Of a stretch of DNA of 64,000 nucleotides, positions 49,249-58,785 are shown in pieces. Origin of the DNA: Calditrichales bacterium. GTDB taxonomy: Bacteria; Calditrichota; Calditrichia; Calditrichales; J004. The position numbers and the translations under genes were made by a program. Numbering within the stretch: position 1 is the first letter of the stretch; each line of letters opens with the position of its first letter. The notes under the pieces are model-generated. The model searched no databases. It saw only the letters and a program-made list of their open reading frames with translations, and had not been told where the DNA came from. The DNA lies in the NCBI GenBank assembly GCA_965267575.1, contig OZ254086.1, positions 1,696,001 through 1,760,000 of the forward strand, given 5' to 3'.

Positions 49249-49275
49249 TTATCGGGGCTTAACTAATTACGTTTA
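49249..49275 (-). promoter_or_regulatory. Candidate sigma28 (FliA) promoter
   Basis: TAAA-N15-CCCGATAA, one mismatch to consensus. Confidence 0.6.
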
Positions 49276-49406
49276 GGTTAAACTTTGATAAGAACGGAAT
49301 ACAATCAGCAAAAAACAGTTTTGTGAGGATTGTGTTAGAAGGGCCGTTCACGTTGGGAAAACTGTAATCATTTGCTACATTTCACTAACACTTTCATGGA
49401 GTCTCA

Positions 49407-51488
49407 ATGGCAGCGAATCGTAACTATATAAACCGTGAAATCAGCTGGCTTTCATTTAATGAGCGGGTTTTACAGGAGGCAGCGGACCCCAGTGTTCCTT
49501 TGCTGGAGCGGCTCAAGTTCCTGGGCATTTTTTCCAACAACCTGGATGAGTTTTTCCGGGTGCGCGTGGCAACGCTTAAACGCATGGTAAATGCCGGGAT
49601 AGGCAGCAGTAAAGCGACGGCCGGGCAATCTCCAAAAAAGGTGCTGAAAAAAATTCACGATAAAGTGATGCATCTGCGTGAACGTTTTGATCTGATCTTT
49701 AACCAAACGCTGGAAGCTCTGGAACAGGAAAATATCTACATGATCAACGAGAAAGAGCTGAGCCCGGAGCAGCATGAATATGTGTTGCAATACTTTGCCG
49801 ATGAAGTGCGCCCGCGCCTGGTGCCGATCATGCTCGACAAATCACGGCCCTTCCCCCGGCTGGAAAACCAGGTTATCTATCTCGCGATCAAAATGCAGCG
49901 CACCGATGAACCGAAAAATTTTCAATACGCGCTGATTGAACTGCTGACCGATGTTCTGCCGCGTTTTGTACAACTGCCCGATCGTGACGGAAAAAAGATG
50001 CTGATCATGCTTGATGATGTCATCCGCATCGGGCTGCCGGATATCTTCGTTACCCTCAATTACGATCGCTTTGACGCTTACACGATAAAACTGACCCGCG
50101 ATGCCGAATTTGATATCAGCGATGACATTACAAAGAGCTTTTATGAAAAAATAGCCAAAAGCATCAAGCAGCGTGAACAGGGCCAGGCCGTACGCTTCGT
50201 TTATGACCGCGAAATGCCCGAAGACCTGCTGCATTTTGTGCTCAAGAAAAACGCCCTGCAGAATTTCGAAAACCTGATCCCGGGTGGACGGTATCACAAT
50301 GCGCGCGATTTTATCAGGTTTCCGACCATGGGGCTCGATCATCTGGTTTACCCGGACGAGGAAGCTTTGGCGCATCGTGACTTACTGCCTAAATCCAGCT
50401 TATTTGAGTCCATTCGCCAGCGCGATATCCTGCTGCACTATCCCTATCAGTCTTTCCATTACATTATAGATCTGTTGCGTGAAGCGGCAATTGACCCAAG
50501 GGTAAAGTCAATCAAAATTACGCTTTACCGCGTGGCCAAGTACTCCAATGTTGTTAACGCGTTGATCAACGCCATCCGCAATGGTAAAAAAGTGACCGCG
50601 GTGATGGAACTGCAGGCAAGGTTTGACGAAGAGGCCAATATCTACTGGACCAACGAGCTGGCCGATGAAGGCGCCCATATTTTAAGCGGCATACCGGGCC
50701 TGAAGGTGCATGCCAAACTGTGCCAGATTACGCGCCGCGAGAACGACGAAGATGTCCATTACACCTATATTGCCACCGGAAATTTTAACGAAACCACGGC
50801 TACAATCTACAGTGACCACGGTCTGTTTACATCGCATGAAGGCATCTCCAAAGAAGTTTCCAAGCTGTTTGATTTTATGGAGCATAACTATAAAAACTAC
50901 AATTACCGCCATATTCTTGTTTCGCCTTTTTATATGCGCCGCAAGCTAAAGAAGCTTATACGGGCTGAGATCAAAAACGCCAAAGCCGGCAAGGAAGCCT
51001 ATATCCTGATCAAACTGAATAACCTGGTGGATACCGATCTGATCGACAAGCTGTATCAGGCCGGTAATGCCGGCGTAAAGATAAAAATGCTGGTCCGCGG
51101 GATTTGCTCGATCATACCCGGCGAGAAAGGGCTAAGCGAGAACATCGAGGTGTACAGCATCGTCGACAAGTATCTGGAGCATTCGCGCATTATGATATTT
51201 TGCCATGGTGGCAACGAGCAATATTACCTCACTTCTGCCGACTGGATGATCCGCAACCTGGACAACCGCATCGAAGTGGCCACACCGGTCTACGACGAAA
51301 ACGTGCGCCGTGAACTGAAAGAGTTCATGGAAATTCAGCTCAGGGACCGTGTAAAGTCGCGCATCATAAACGCGGCCCAGGATAACCCCTATCGCCGTGA
51401 TAAAGATGGCACTGCCCTCCGCGCTCAAGAGGAGCACTATCGCGTGCTGAAAGACAAATTGAAATCGCTCAGGCAGGAAGCTGTATGA
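49407..51488 (+). CDS. ppk1: Polyphosphate kinase 1
   Basis: 'NREISWLSFNERVLQEA', 'NLDEFFRVRVA', 'HYPYQSF', 'ELQARFDEEANI', 'KVHAK', 'LEHSRI', 'SADWM.RNLD.RIEV'. Confidence 0.97.
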   Translation: MAANRNYINREISWLSFNERVLQEAADPSVPLLERLKFLGIFSNNLDEFFRVRVATLKRMVNAGIGSSKATAGQSPKKVLKKIHDKVMHLRERFDLIFNQTLEALEQENIYMINEKELSPEQHEYVLQYFADEVRPRLVPIMLDKSRPFPRLENQVIYLAIKMQRTDEPKNFQYALIELLTDVLPRFVQLPDRDGKKMLIMLDDVIRIGLPDIFVTLNYDRFDAYTIKLTRDAEFDISDDITKSFYEKIAKSIKQREQGQAVRFVYDREMPEDLLHFVLKKNALQNFENLIPGGRYHNARDFIRFPTMGLDHLVYPDEEALAHRDLLPKSSLFESIRQRDILLHYPYQSFHYIIDLLREAAIDPRVKSIKITLYRVAKYSNVVNALINAIRNGKKVTAVMELQARFDEEANIYWTNELADEGAHILSGIPGLKVHAKLCQITRRENDEDVHYTYIATGNFNETTATIYSDHGLFTSHEGISKEVSKLFDFMEHNYKNYNYRHILVSPFYMRRKLKKLIRAEIKNAKAGKEAYILIKLNNLVDTDLIDKLYQAGNAGVKIKMLVRGICSIIPGEKGLSENIEVYSIVDKYLEHSRIMIFCHGGNEQYYLTSADWMIRNLDNRIEVATPVYDENVRRELKEFMEIQLRDRVKSRIINAAQDNPYRRDKDGTALRAQEEHYRVLKDKLKSLRQEAV

Positions 51489-52420
51489 AGCTTGCCGCAA
51501 TCGATGTGGGGTCTAACGCCGTGCGCCTTTTGCTTTCACGGGTTTATGAAACCGACAACGGGCCGTATTTTAAAAAAATATCACTTATCCGAATGCCTAT
51601 TCGCCTTGGTGACGATGCCTTCCGTGACGGTAGGATCTCAGCTGCTAAAATGGAAAGCCTTTGTGACGCTTTCATCGGGTTCAAATATCTCATCAAATCC
51701 TACGGACCTGAAGCATACCTGGCCTGCGCCACATCGGCCATGCGCGAAGCGAGTAATGGAAGTGAGCTGGTGCGCCGCATATGTGAAAGCAGCGGTATAA
51801 ACCTGGAGATCATCGACGGGGAGCGCGAAGCACACATTATCTATTCCAACCACATCGCTGAATACCTGCAGCGCGGGAAGGCTTATCTCTATGTGGATGT
51901 TGGCGGGGGAAGCACGGAGTTGACTCTGTTTTATCAGGATCGTGTGGTGGACTCGCGCTCCCTCAATATCGGTACGGTGCGTTTGCTGGAAGGGCTGGTG
52001 AACGATGAAAAATGGGACGACATGAAGCGCTGGCTTAATGAAAAAAAGAAAGAATTTCCGGAAGCGGCAGCGATCGGCAGCGGTGGAAACATAAACAAAA
52101 TGCACCGCATGCTGAATATTAAAACGGGTAAACCTGTTTTGTTATCACAACTGAAAAAGCTGCGCAAGCACCTGGAAAATTACAGCGTGAAACAGCGCAT
52201 AACGGAGCTTGGCCTGCGGCCTGACCGCGCCGACGTGATTGTGCCCGCCGTGCAGATCTATACATCGGCGATGAAATGGGCCGGTATAAAGGAGATGTAC
52301 GTTCCGCAGGTGGGCCTAGCTGACGGCCTCATCGCTGAGCTATATGAAAAACAAAAAGCAGGAAAACAGAAAAGGATAGATTGTGACCATTCGTTTGGAG
52401 CGGGAAAAAGGCTGGCGTGA
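51485..52420 (+). CDS. ppx: Exopolyphosphatase, Ppx/GppA family (short form without HD domain)
   Basis: 'AAIDVGSNAVRL', 'ATSAMREA.N', 'DG.REA', 'DVGGGSTE', 'DRADVI'. Confidence 0.93.
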   Translation: MKLAAIDVGSNAVRLLLSRVYETDNGPYFKKISLIRMPIRLGDDAFRDGRISAAKMESLCDAFIGFKYLIKSYGPEAYLACATSAMREASNGSELVRRICESSGINLEIIDGEREAHIIYSNHIAEYLQRGKAYLYVDVGGGSTELTLFYQDRVVDSRSLNIGTVRLLEGLVNDEKWDDMKRWLNEKKKEFPEAAAIGSGGNINKMHRMLNIKTGKPVLLSQLKKLRKHLENYSVKQRITELGLRPDRADVIVPAVQIYTSAMKWAGIKEMYVPQVGLADGLIAELYEKQKAGKQKRIDCDHSFGAGKRLA

Positions 52421-53879
52421 TTTTTCGCAGAAGTTGCCGCCGGAATACAACGCCGTACGCAAAAATAAGCAGGCGCTTTCGATCGTCTTGCTGGACAGCT
52501 TTGACTGGCGGGTTTACAACAGCGGGCATACCCTGCGTCTGGCGGACGGCCTTTTGCAGCTCCGTGCCATCGAAGATGGTTTACCTGTTTTTGAAAGCCG
52601 CCAGAGAAAAGGCGTATTGTCCGTCTGGCCAAAAGACGTTAAAGATGCGCATCTCTCGGCATGGCTGGCGGATGTGCTGGATGTGCGCGCCCTGCTGGTT
52701 CACAGCCTCTGGCAGGGCAGCAGCGAAGAGTTCGATTTGCTCAACACAGACCGTAAAACGATCGCCCGCGGCATTTTTTATAACTTGAATAATGGCAATG
52801 CCGGATTGCGCTTGCTTGAGGTACAGCCATTGCGCGGCTACGAACAGGTGTGTGAGGTTATCTTTGCACCCTGGAAAATACTTGCGGCCGACAACAGTGA
52901 TTCGCTGCTTTACGCGGAGGCGGGGGTTGTGCCCGGCGGTTACCGGGGTTCACGTCCCGAGCTGGATTTTTCACAGGAATCCTCTCTCTCTGCCGCATTG
53001 AAGGAAATATTAACCGCAAATTTTAAAATGATGCTTCTCAATGAGCCCGGTGTTAGGGAAGATATAGATACGGAGTTTCTGCATGATTACCGGGTCTGTG
53101 GCCGGCGCATGCGTTCCGCGTTGAGCCGCATTAAAGGCGTGCTGAAAGAAGAGACCGTTCTTCAGCTGCAAAACGATCTAAAACGCATCGGAAACTTTAC
53201 CGGCCCCGTGCGTGATTGGGACGTTTTTCTGTTACGCCGCGCAGGTTTTGAAAGCGTTTTGCCGCCGCAGTTTCATAAAGGCCTGGGCAAGCTTATGAGC
53301 AATTGCGCCCGCCGCCGGAGCATGGCGTTCAGCAGCCTGCATAGTTTTTTGGAAAGCAAAGAATATAGTCAGATTATCGCGAGAATTGATGCCACGCTAA
53401 GTGATTATGAACATCATTTGGTGACCGATGCAGATTTAAAGACTTCTGCCGCTCGCTGGATAAAGGCGCGTTTTAAAAAAATACGCAAGCAAGGCGCGGA
53501 GCTAAGCGATGAGGCCGGGGACAGCGCCTTCCACGACCTGCGCATAGAGTGCAAAAAGCTGCGCTACCTGCTGGAGTTCTTTCAGAGTGCCTTCAAGGAA
53601 AAGCCGTCGCGGAAAGCCATTGCCATGCTTAAAAAACTTCAGGATAATCTGGGCAGCATGAACGATATGTCGGTTCAGGAAGAGCTGTTGACGGAGATTT
53701 ATTTGACGGCCAAAAAGAAAAATCAGGCGGAATTGACAGAGACGGCTGCCGCCCTGATTGGCCATACCCGCACGGAGAAAAAGCGGTTGCGGCGCGACTT
53801 CAGGAGCCTGTTTAGCGGCTTTGCATCATCCAAAAGCCGCCATCTTTATAAAAGTAGTTTCACCGTGGAGGGCGAATGA
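52383..53879 (+). CDS. CHAD-domain polyphosphate-binding protein
   Basis: 'DTEFLHDYRV..RRMRS', 'VRDWDV', 'FHDLRIECKKLRYLLEFF', 'LQDNLG.MND'. Start uncertain (overlaps ppx). Confidence 0.88.
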   Translation: MTIRLEREKGWRDFSQKLPPEYNAVRKNKQALSIVLLDSFDWRVYNSGHTLRLADGLLQLRAIEDGLPVFESRQRKGVLSVWPKDVKDAHLSAWLADVLDVRALLVHSLWQGSSEEFDLLNTDRKTIARGIFYNLNNGNAGLRLLEVQPLRGYEQVCEVIFAPWKILAADNSDSLLYAEAGVVPGGYRGSRPELDFSQESSLSAALKEILTANFKMMLLNEPGVREDIDTEFLHDYRVCGRRMRSALSRIKGVLKEETVLQLQNDLKRIGNFTGPVRDWDVFLLRRAGFESVLPPQFHKGLGKLMSNCARRRSMAFSSLHSFLESKEYSQIIARIDATLSDYEHHLVTDADLKTSAARWIKARFKKIRKQGAELSDEAGDSAFHDLRIECKKLRYLLEFFQSAFKEKPSRKAIAMLKKLQDNLGSMNDMSVQEELLTEIYLTAKKKNQAELTETAAALIGHTRTEKKRLRRDFRSLFSGFASSKSRHLYKSSFTVEGE

Positions 53880-54619
53880 AGATAGTGGCCCTCTACAGCA
53901 TGAAAGGCGGCGTCGGCAAAACGGCGGCCTGTGTCAACCTGGCCTGGCATTGCGCGCACCGTGGATATAAAACACTCTTGTGCGATCTCGATCCGCAGGG
54001 TTCGTCCGGTTATTATTTGCGCATACGCCCTGTAAAAAAGCACGATACCCGCGTGCTTGTAAAAGGCGGAAAAAAGCTGGACAAAAGCATCCGTGAAAGT
54101 GACTTTAACAACCTTTACCTGTTGCCATCCGATATGACATACCGCAATCTGGATTTATTGCTGGATGAGTTTAAAAAGCCTTCTAAAAAACTGAAGAAAA
54201 CATTCAAACCGCTGGCGGAGGAATTTGATTTCATCTTTCTGGATTGTCCGCCAAACATTACGCTAGTTTCCGAGAATGTTTTCCAGGCAGCGGATAAAAT
54301 AATCGTGCCTATTATTCCTACGACCTTATCGCAGCTTACATATGAAAAGCTATTGCAATTTTTTGCGGATGCCGGCTACGATGTCAAAAAGCTCTATGCC
54401 TTTTTCTCCATGTTTGAGAAGCGCAAGTCGCTGCACCGCACAATTATGAACACACTGCCGGAACAGCACGATCGTTTCTTAAAAAGCGCCATCCCTTATT
54501 CCAGCGATGTTGAGAAGATGGGGCTGGAACGTGCCCCGTTGGGCAGTTATAAAGAAAAGTCCGCGGCCAACCGCGCTTTCGAAATGTTGTGGAAGGAACT
54601 GGAAAATATTTCCGGCTAA
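53876..54619 (+). CDS. Orphan ParA/MinD-family ATPase
   Basis: Deviant Walker A 'KGGVGKT', 'DLDPQG', 'LDCPP'. ATGA overlap with the CHAD gene; no parB nearby. Confidence 0.92.
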   Translation: MKIVALYSMKGGVGKTAACVNLAWHCAHRGYKTLLCDLDPQGSSGYYLRIRPVKKHDTRVLVKGGKKLDKSIRESDFNNLYLLPSDMTYRNLDLLLDEFKKPSKKLKKTFKPLAEEFDFIFLDCPPNITLVSENVFQAADKIIVPIIPTTLSQLTYEKLLQFFADAGYDVKKLYAFFSMFEKRKSLHRTIMNTLPEQHDRFLKSAIPYSSDVEKMGLERAPLGSYKEKSAANRAFEMLWKELENISG

Positions 54620-54631
54620 TTCAGCGCTATT

Positions 54632-55588
54632 CTAAATGCCGTTTACCACGTTAACCGGTTTTCCCTCAAGAAATGCTCTTACGTTTTCTACAGCCTGGTT
54701 CATCAGGCGCTGTCTGGCCTCCAGCGTTCCCCAGGCCTGGTGCGGGGTTATGTAACAGTTACGGGCCTTCAGCAACGGATGATCTGCAGGCGGTGGTTCC
54801 TGCGACAAAACATCCAGCCCGGCCCCGGCAATGATACCCTGGTTGAGCGCTTCGGCCAAAGCCTGTTCGTCAATCAACCCGCCCCGGGCGGTGTTTACAA
54901 GAAAAGCCGTCCGCTTCATCAGCGCCATGTTTTCCGCATTGATTATTTTTTCGGTTTCGTTTGTCAGCGGGCAATGCATGCTTACAAAATCGCTTTCACG
55001 AAGCAATTGCTGCAGGTCTGTGCCGGTTGCCCAGGCGTCCAGCTCATGCCAGCGCGGTGTTGTAAAAAGTACGTTCATACCGAGGGTGCGGGCCAGTTTT
55101 GCCAGCCGCCGTCCAATCCGGCCATATCCGATGATACCCAGTGTTTTGCCGTTTAATTCCATCATCTGAAAATCCCAGTAACACCAGTCTTTACGCGCGC
55201 TCCAACCGCCGTTCCGCACGCTGTCTGTGTGGTGGCAGAACCGTCCGGCCAGGTTAAGAATATGGGTTAAAGCGGCTTGCGCCACGGAGTCGCTACCGTA
55301 AGTTGGAATGTTTGTAACCGGGATGCTGTGTTTTGCCGCGGCCTCAATATCCACAACGTTGTAGCCGGTGGCCAGCACGCCGATATATTTTAGTTTTGGC
55401 AGTTGCGCGATTGTTTCCGAGCTGAGCGGTGTTTTATTTGTGAGGATAATGTCGGCTTCTTTGGCCTGGTCTGTGATCTCATCCGCGGTACAGCGTGGAT
55501 AGATGTTGCAGGAACCCAGCTTTTCCAGTTCCGACCAGCTCAGGTCTCCGGGATTAAGCGTATGTCCGTCCAATACTGTGATGTTCAT
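54632..55588 (-). CDS. D-2-hydroxyacid dehydrogenase (glycerate dehydrogenase/hydroxypyruvate reductase-like)
   Basis: 'VLDGHTLNPGDLSW', 'LATGYNVVD', 'GIIGYGRIG', 'HCPL', 'NTARG', 'DVL..EPP', 'TPH'. Confidence 0.92.
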   Translation of the reverse strand: MNITVLDGHTLNPGDLSWSELEKLGSCNIYPRCTADEITDQAKEADIILTNKTPLSSETIAQLPKLKYIGVLATGYNVVDIEAAAKHSIPVTNIPTYGSDSVAQAALTHILNLAGRFCHHTDSVRNGGWSARKDWCYWDFQMMELNGKTLGIIGYGRIGRRLAKLARTLGMNVLFTTPRWHELDAWATGTDLQQLLRESDFVSMHCPLTNETEKIINAENMALMKRTAFLVNTARGGLIDEQALAEALNQGIIAGAGLDVLSQEPPPADHPLLKARNCYITPHQAWGTLEARQRLMNQAVENVRAFLEGKPVNVVNGI

Positions 55589-55616
55589 GATATTCAAAGC
55601 AAAATTTAAAAACAGA

Positions 55617-55639
55617 AGAGACGCAAAATTTGCGTCTCT
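55617..55639. repeat. Palindrome AGAGACGCAAAATTTGCGTCTCT (GTAG-class REP-like hairpin)
   Basis: 10-bp perfect stem in the spacer between serC and the dehydrogenase. Confidence 0.6.
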
Positions 55640-55776
55640 CAGTTTTGGCTTAATGCTATAAAAATTGCTGTTTATTTTGTCAAAAGAAGCATATCATACC
55701 GGCCTGCGCGCCGGGATTCCAGTCCTCCCTGACCAAAGAAATTATAATACGGATTCTGCCGTAATCTCAGCGTTCA

Positions 55777-56859
55777 TCAGCCGTTTGTGCGCTCAAACTC
55801 CTTCATGAAGTCCACAAGCACTTTAACCGACTCCGGCGGCACGGCATTGTAAATCGAAGCGCGGATACCACCGACCGAACGGTGCCCCTTTACGCCTATG
55901 ATCTCGGCCTTTTCCATGGCTTCGGCAATGAACTTCTGCTCCAACTCTTCCGAAGGCAGGCGGAACGTCACGTTCATCATTGAGCGGCTGTCCTTGGCGG
56001 CGGTACCGCGGAAAAACTCGCTGCCGTCGATGGTGTTATAGATCATGTCCGCCTTTTCATTATTGATCTTTTCAATCCCATCCAGACCGCCTTTTTTGAT
56101 CATCCATTCGCAGATCAGTTTGAGGATATAGATGCCAAAGGTGGGCGGTGTGTTGTACAATGAGTCTTTGCCGCCGATTATTTTGTAGCTGAGCATTGTC
56201 GGAATATTATCGGGGCTTTTCTGCAGCAGCTCTTCCTTCATGATCACAACTGTTACACCGGAAGGCCCCATGTTTTTCTGGGCGCCGGCGTAGATCAGTG
56301 CGAACTTGCTTACATCCACTTTGCGGCAGTTGATATCCGAAGACATATCGGCCACGAGCGGCACGCTGCCGGCATCCGGATAGCTGGCCCACTGTGTGCC
56401 AAAAATTGTGTTGTTGCTGGTGATGTGCAGGTAGGCAGCATCGGGATCAATCTTGAATTGCTTCGGGATATAGGAAAAATTGTCATTTTCCGATGATGCA
56501 ATCATGTTAAACTTTTTATTTAATTTACGCGCCTCGGCGATTGCCTTTTGCGACCATGAGCCTGTGTTGATGTAGTCGGCAAACTGCCCTTCGCCAATCA
56601 GGTTGAGCGGTACGGCGGCAAATTGCAGCGTTGCGCCGCCCTGCATAAAGATCACCTTGTAGCCGGCGGGTATGCCCATAACCTCTTTGAGCAGTTTTTC
56701 GGCGTCTTTGATGATATTGTCAAAAGTTTTGCTGCGGTGGCTCATTTCCATTACGGAAAGGCCTTCCCCGTGATAGTCGATCAGTTCTTCCTGAACCTGC
56801 TGCAGGACTTCGAGGGGAAGGGCGGCCGGTCCGGCATTAAAATTGTGTATGCGTTTCAT
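55777..56859 (-). CDS. serC: Phosphoserine aminotransferase
   Basis: 'NFNAGPAALP', 'EMSHRS', 'QGGATLQF', 'NNTIFG', 'DMSS', 'YAGAQKN.GP', 'NTPP', 'GHRSVGG.RASIYNA'. Confidence 0.97.
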   Translation of the reverse strand: MKRIHNFNAGPAALPLEVLQQVQEELIDYHGEGLSVMEMSHRSKTFDNIIKDAEKLLKEVMGIPAGYKVIFMQGGATLQFAAVPLNLIGEGQFADYINTGSWSQKAIAEARKLNKKFNMIASSENDNFSYIPKQFKIDPDAAYLHITSNNTIFGTQWASYPDAGSVPLVADMSSDINCRKVDVSKFALIYAGAQKNMGPSGVTVVIMKEELLQKSPDNIPTMLSYKIIGGKDSLYNTPPTFGIYILKLICEWMIKKGGLDGIEKINNEKADMIYNTIDGSEFFRGTAAKDSRSMMNVTFRLPSEELEQKFIAEAMEKAEIIGVKGHRSVGGIRASIYNAVPPESVKVLVDFMKEFERTNG

Positions 56860-57078
56860 TGTTCCTCCGGGATTTGCATGTAAAAAATCGTATCACGAAT
56901 ATAATCACGGTGACTGTCAAATGAAATTATGGAATTGACTTTGTTGCTGTAATTGCACGCCGGGAGACCACAGGTCCACAGCCTGAACGGTCATCGGCCA
57001 GATCAGAAAATTTTTGTAACTCCAAATTTCCATAAGAAGTCTAAAATGTCTAAAATTGATGGTAATTAAAAAACCGGA

Positions 57079-58317
57079 ATGAATGTGATGAAGCTTTTTA
57101 CTTTAATTATTGCCTTTGCGCTTCTTGGCGGAGCAGTCCACGCGCAGTTTGACCCAAACAGTGTTTATCTCGATTACGGTAATTACGAGGTAAGTACATA
57201 CCAGGCGCAGCAGGAAAAGGCCCACGGCAACTGGAAGCATCTGCCTTACCGCACCGCCGCGTTCAACCCAACGCAGATTTTGCCTGGCAGCGTACTTTTT
57301 ATCCCTGGGCTTATCGGTGTTAGGCTGAGTGGCGGAACCTACCACGACGGCTATTTTTTCGCGCACGCCGCCAACACAAAGCTTGGCTCCGGCAAGATTG
57401 AATTATGCGTGGAACAAGGCCATAATCCTTTTGCCGGCAGATTAAACGAGCCCATGCAGGTGCATGTTGTCCGCGGTACCATGGCCAAAAGCCTGCGTAC
57501 CCGTTACGCGCCGCAGTATGAAATAGAACGCATAAAGCCCACCTACCTGATGGTCGCTTCCGAGTTTACCGAGCTAATGAAGACGGCCCGCGAAAAGTAT
57601 CCCGATATCGATGAGCGCATACAGTATCTGTCTGAACGCGGCCTGGGCACGCCTTATCTCATCTTTAATCTTGGTGAGGGAGCAGGCTCCAGTCCCGACC
57701 CCGACCCGACGATCGATTTTGCGCGCACTGATTGCATGACTTTTTGCGAGCATACCCTGGCCCTGGCCATTTCCACGGATTATCCGCAAATGTACAATAA
57801 GCTGCAGCAGATCCGCTACAAAGACGGTAAAATAAGCTATACAACCCGCAACCACTACACCATCGCCGACTGGCTGCCCAATAACAGCTGGCTGCTTTAT
57901 GACGCCACCCCCGAGATAGGACCGGGACTAACGCGCACTATGAGCAAGACAATCGACCGTAAGAGTTTTTATAAAAACAACGGCGTTGCGGAAGAAAACC
58001 TGGCTGATGCGCCGGGCCCAATGGATTATAAGGTTTCGCATATCCCGACGGAAAACCTGATGCACGCCGCGCCCAATTTAAAGGGCGGAGAGATCGCTTC
58101 GATCGTAACAACGCATCCGGCTGTGATCTCCGCGCATATGGGGATTATTGTGCGGGATGAATGGGACAACCTTATCTTCCGCCACGCCTCCAGCCCGCCT
58201 GAAACCGGCGAGGTGATGGACGAAAAGTTCAGTGAAGTGGTACAGCGACTGGAAAAATCGAAATCCCGCGTGGGCATGATTTTTATGAGAGCCAGGGAGG
58301 ACAGCGATTCTTATTGA
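57079..58317 (+). CDS. Exported DUF1460 (AmiA-like, NlpC/P60 superfamily) peptidoglycan amidase with N-terminal degenerate 3D domain
   Basis: Signal peptide; 'LGTPY…LGEG…DPDP.IDF..TDCMTFCE..LALA', 'IRY', 'RNHY', 'AHMGI', 'RHASS'. Confidence 0.8.
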   Translation: MNVMKLFTLIIAFALLGGAVHAQFDPNSVYLDYGNYEVSTYQAQQEKAHGNWKHLPYRTAAFNPTQILPGSVLFIPGLIGVRLSGGTYHDGYFFAHAANTKLGSGKIELCVEQGHNPFAGRLNEPMQVHVVRGTMAKSLRTRYAPQYEIERIKPTYLMVASEFTELMKTAREKYPDIDERIQYLSERGLGTPYLIFNLGEGAGSSPDPDPTIDFARTDCMTFCEHTLALAISTDYPQMYNKLQQIRYKDGKISYTTRNHYTIADWLPNNSWLLYDATPEIGPGLTRTMSKTIDRKSFYKNNGVAEENLADAPGPMDYKVSHIPTENLMHAAPNLKGGEIASIVTTHPAVISAHMGIIVRDEWDNLIFRHASSPPETGEVMDEKFSEVVQRLEKSKSRVGMIFMRAREDSDSY

Positions 58318-58785
58318 TGTAGACTTTAGCAGCTTATGTTAGGGGTAAAGTTGTAACTTCCCGTTTTGAGATGTATGGAAAATATCCCTATATTAGACCC
58401 ATATATCTTCTTGTAGTAGCAAACAAACTGACGTGGACTAGTTTTGGCGAAAGCGAAGCTTTATGACCAAAAAACAGTCAGGGAGGATGCGCCTTTCTTT
58501 TGGCCTCACAAGCACAGGACGCTTGTTAATTTGCGAATCAGGTGTACCGGCTCTTCAGAAATTCCGGTATCATCGTGTTTGCGATCTGCTTTTGTTCTAT
58601 TATCCTTTTTTAGACGTATTATTATATTTCCATTTACCGGTCGTTTTATTTCAACTCCATTTATTATTCTAAGAAGATTTTCTACTGTCCGATTCAAAAA
58701 CATTCTCATGAATACGCAGGAAAGGGGGTGGTAGAAAAACATCAAGCACGACCTGACTTAAGTTTAACCTAACCAGGAGGCTTTA

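Noticed and set aside
53876-54619. ParA as a sign of a plasmid or mobile element
   Set aside because: No parB, rep, integrase or att sites; it is coupled to housekeeping polyphosphate genes.
54632-56859. Dehydrogenase next to serC as serA
   Set aside because: Its N-terminal motif (LDG.TLNPGDLSW) is glycerate-dehydrogenase type, it has no ACT domain, and a ~190-bp repeat-containing spacer separates the genes.
57039-57057. GTCTAAAAT tandem duplication upstream of the amidase gene
   Set aside because: Only two copies; too short to support a function, though reminiscent of the other start-proximal tandem arrays.
58420-58500. c-di-GMP-I or other known riboswitch upstream of the TBDR
   Set aside because: Lacks the GGCAAAC…GAAA…GACGCAAAG arrangement and other known aptamer cores.
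58444-58745. Short ORFs in the AT-rich TBDR upstream region
   Set aside because: Overlapping low-complexity Phe/Leu/Ile- or Lys/Asn-rich frames without convincing RBS or motifs.
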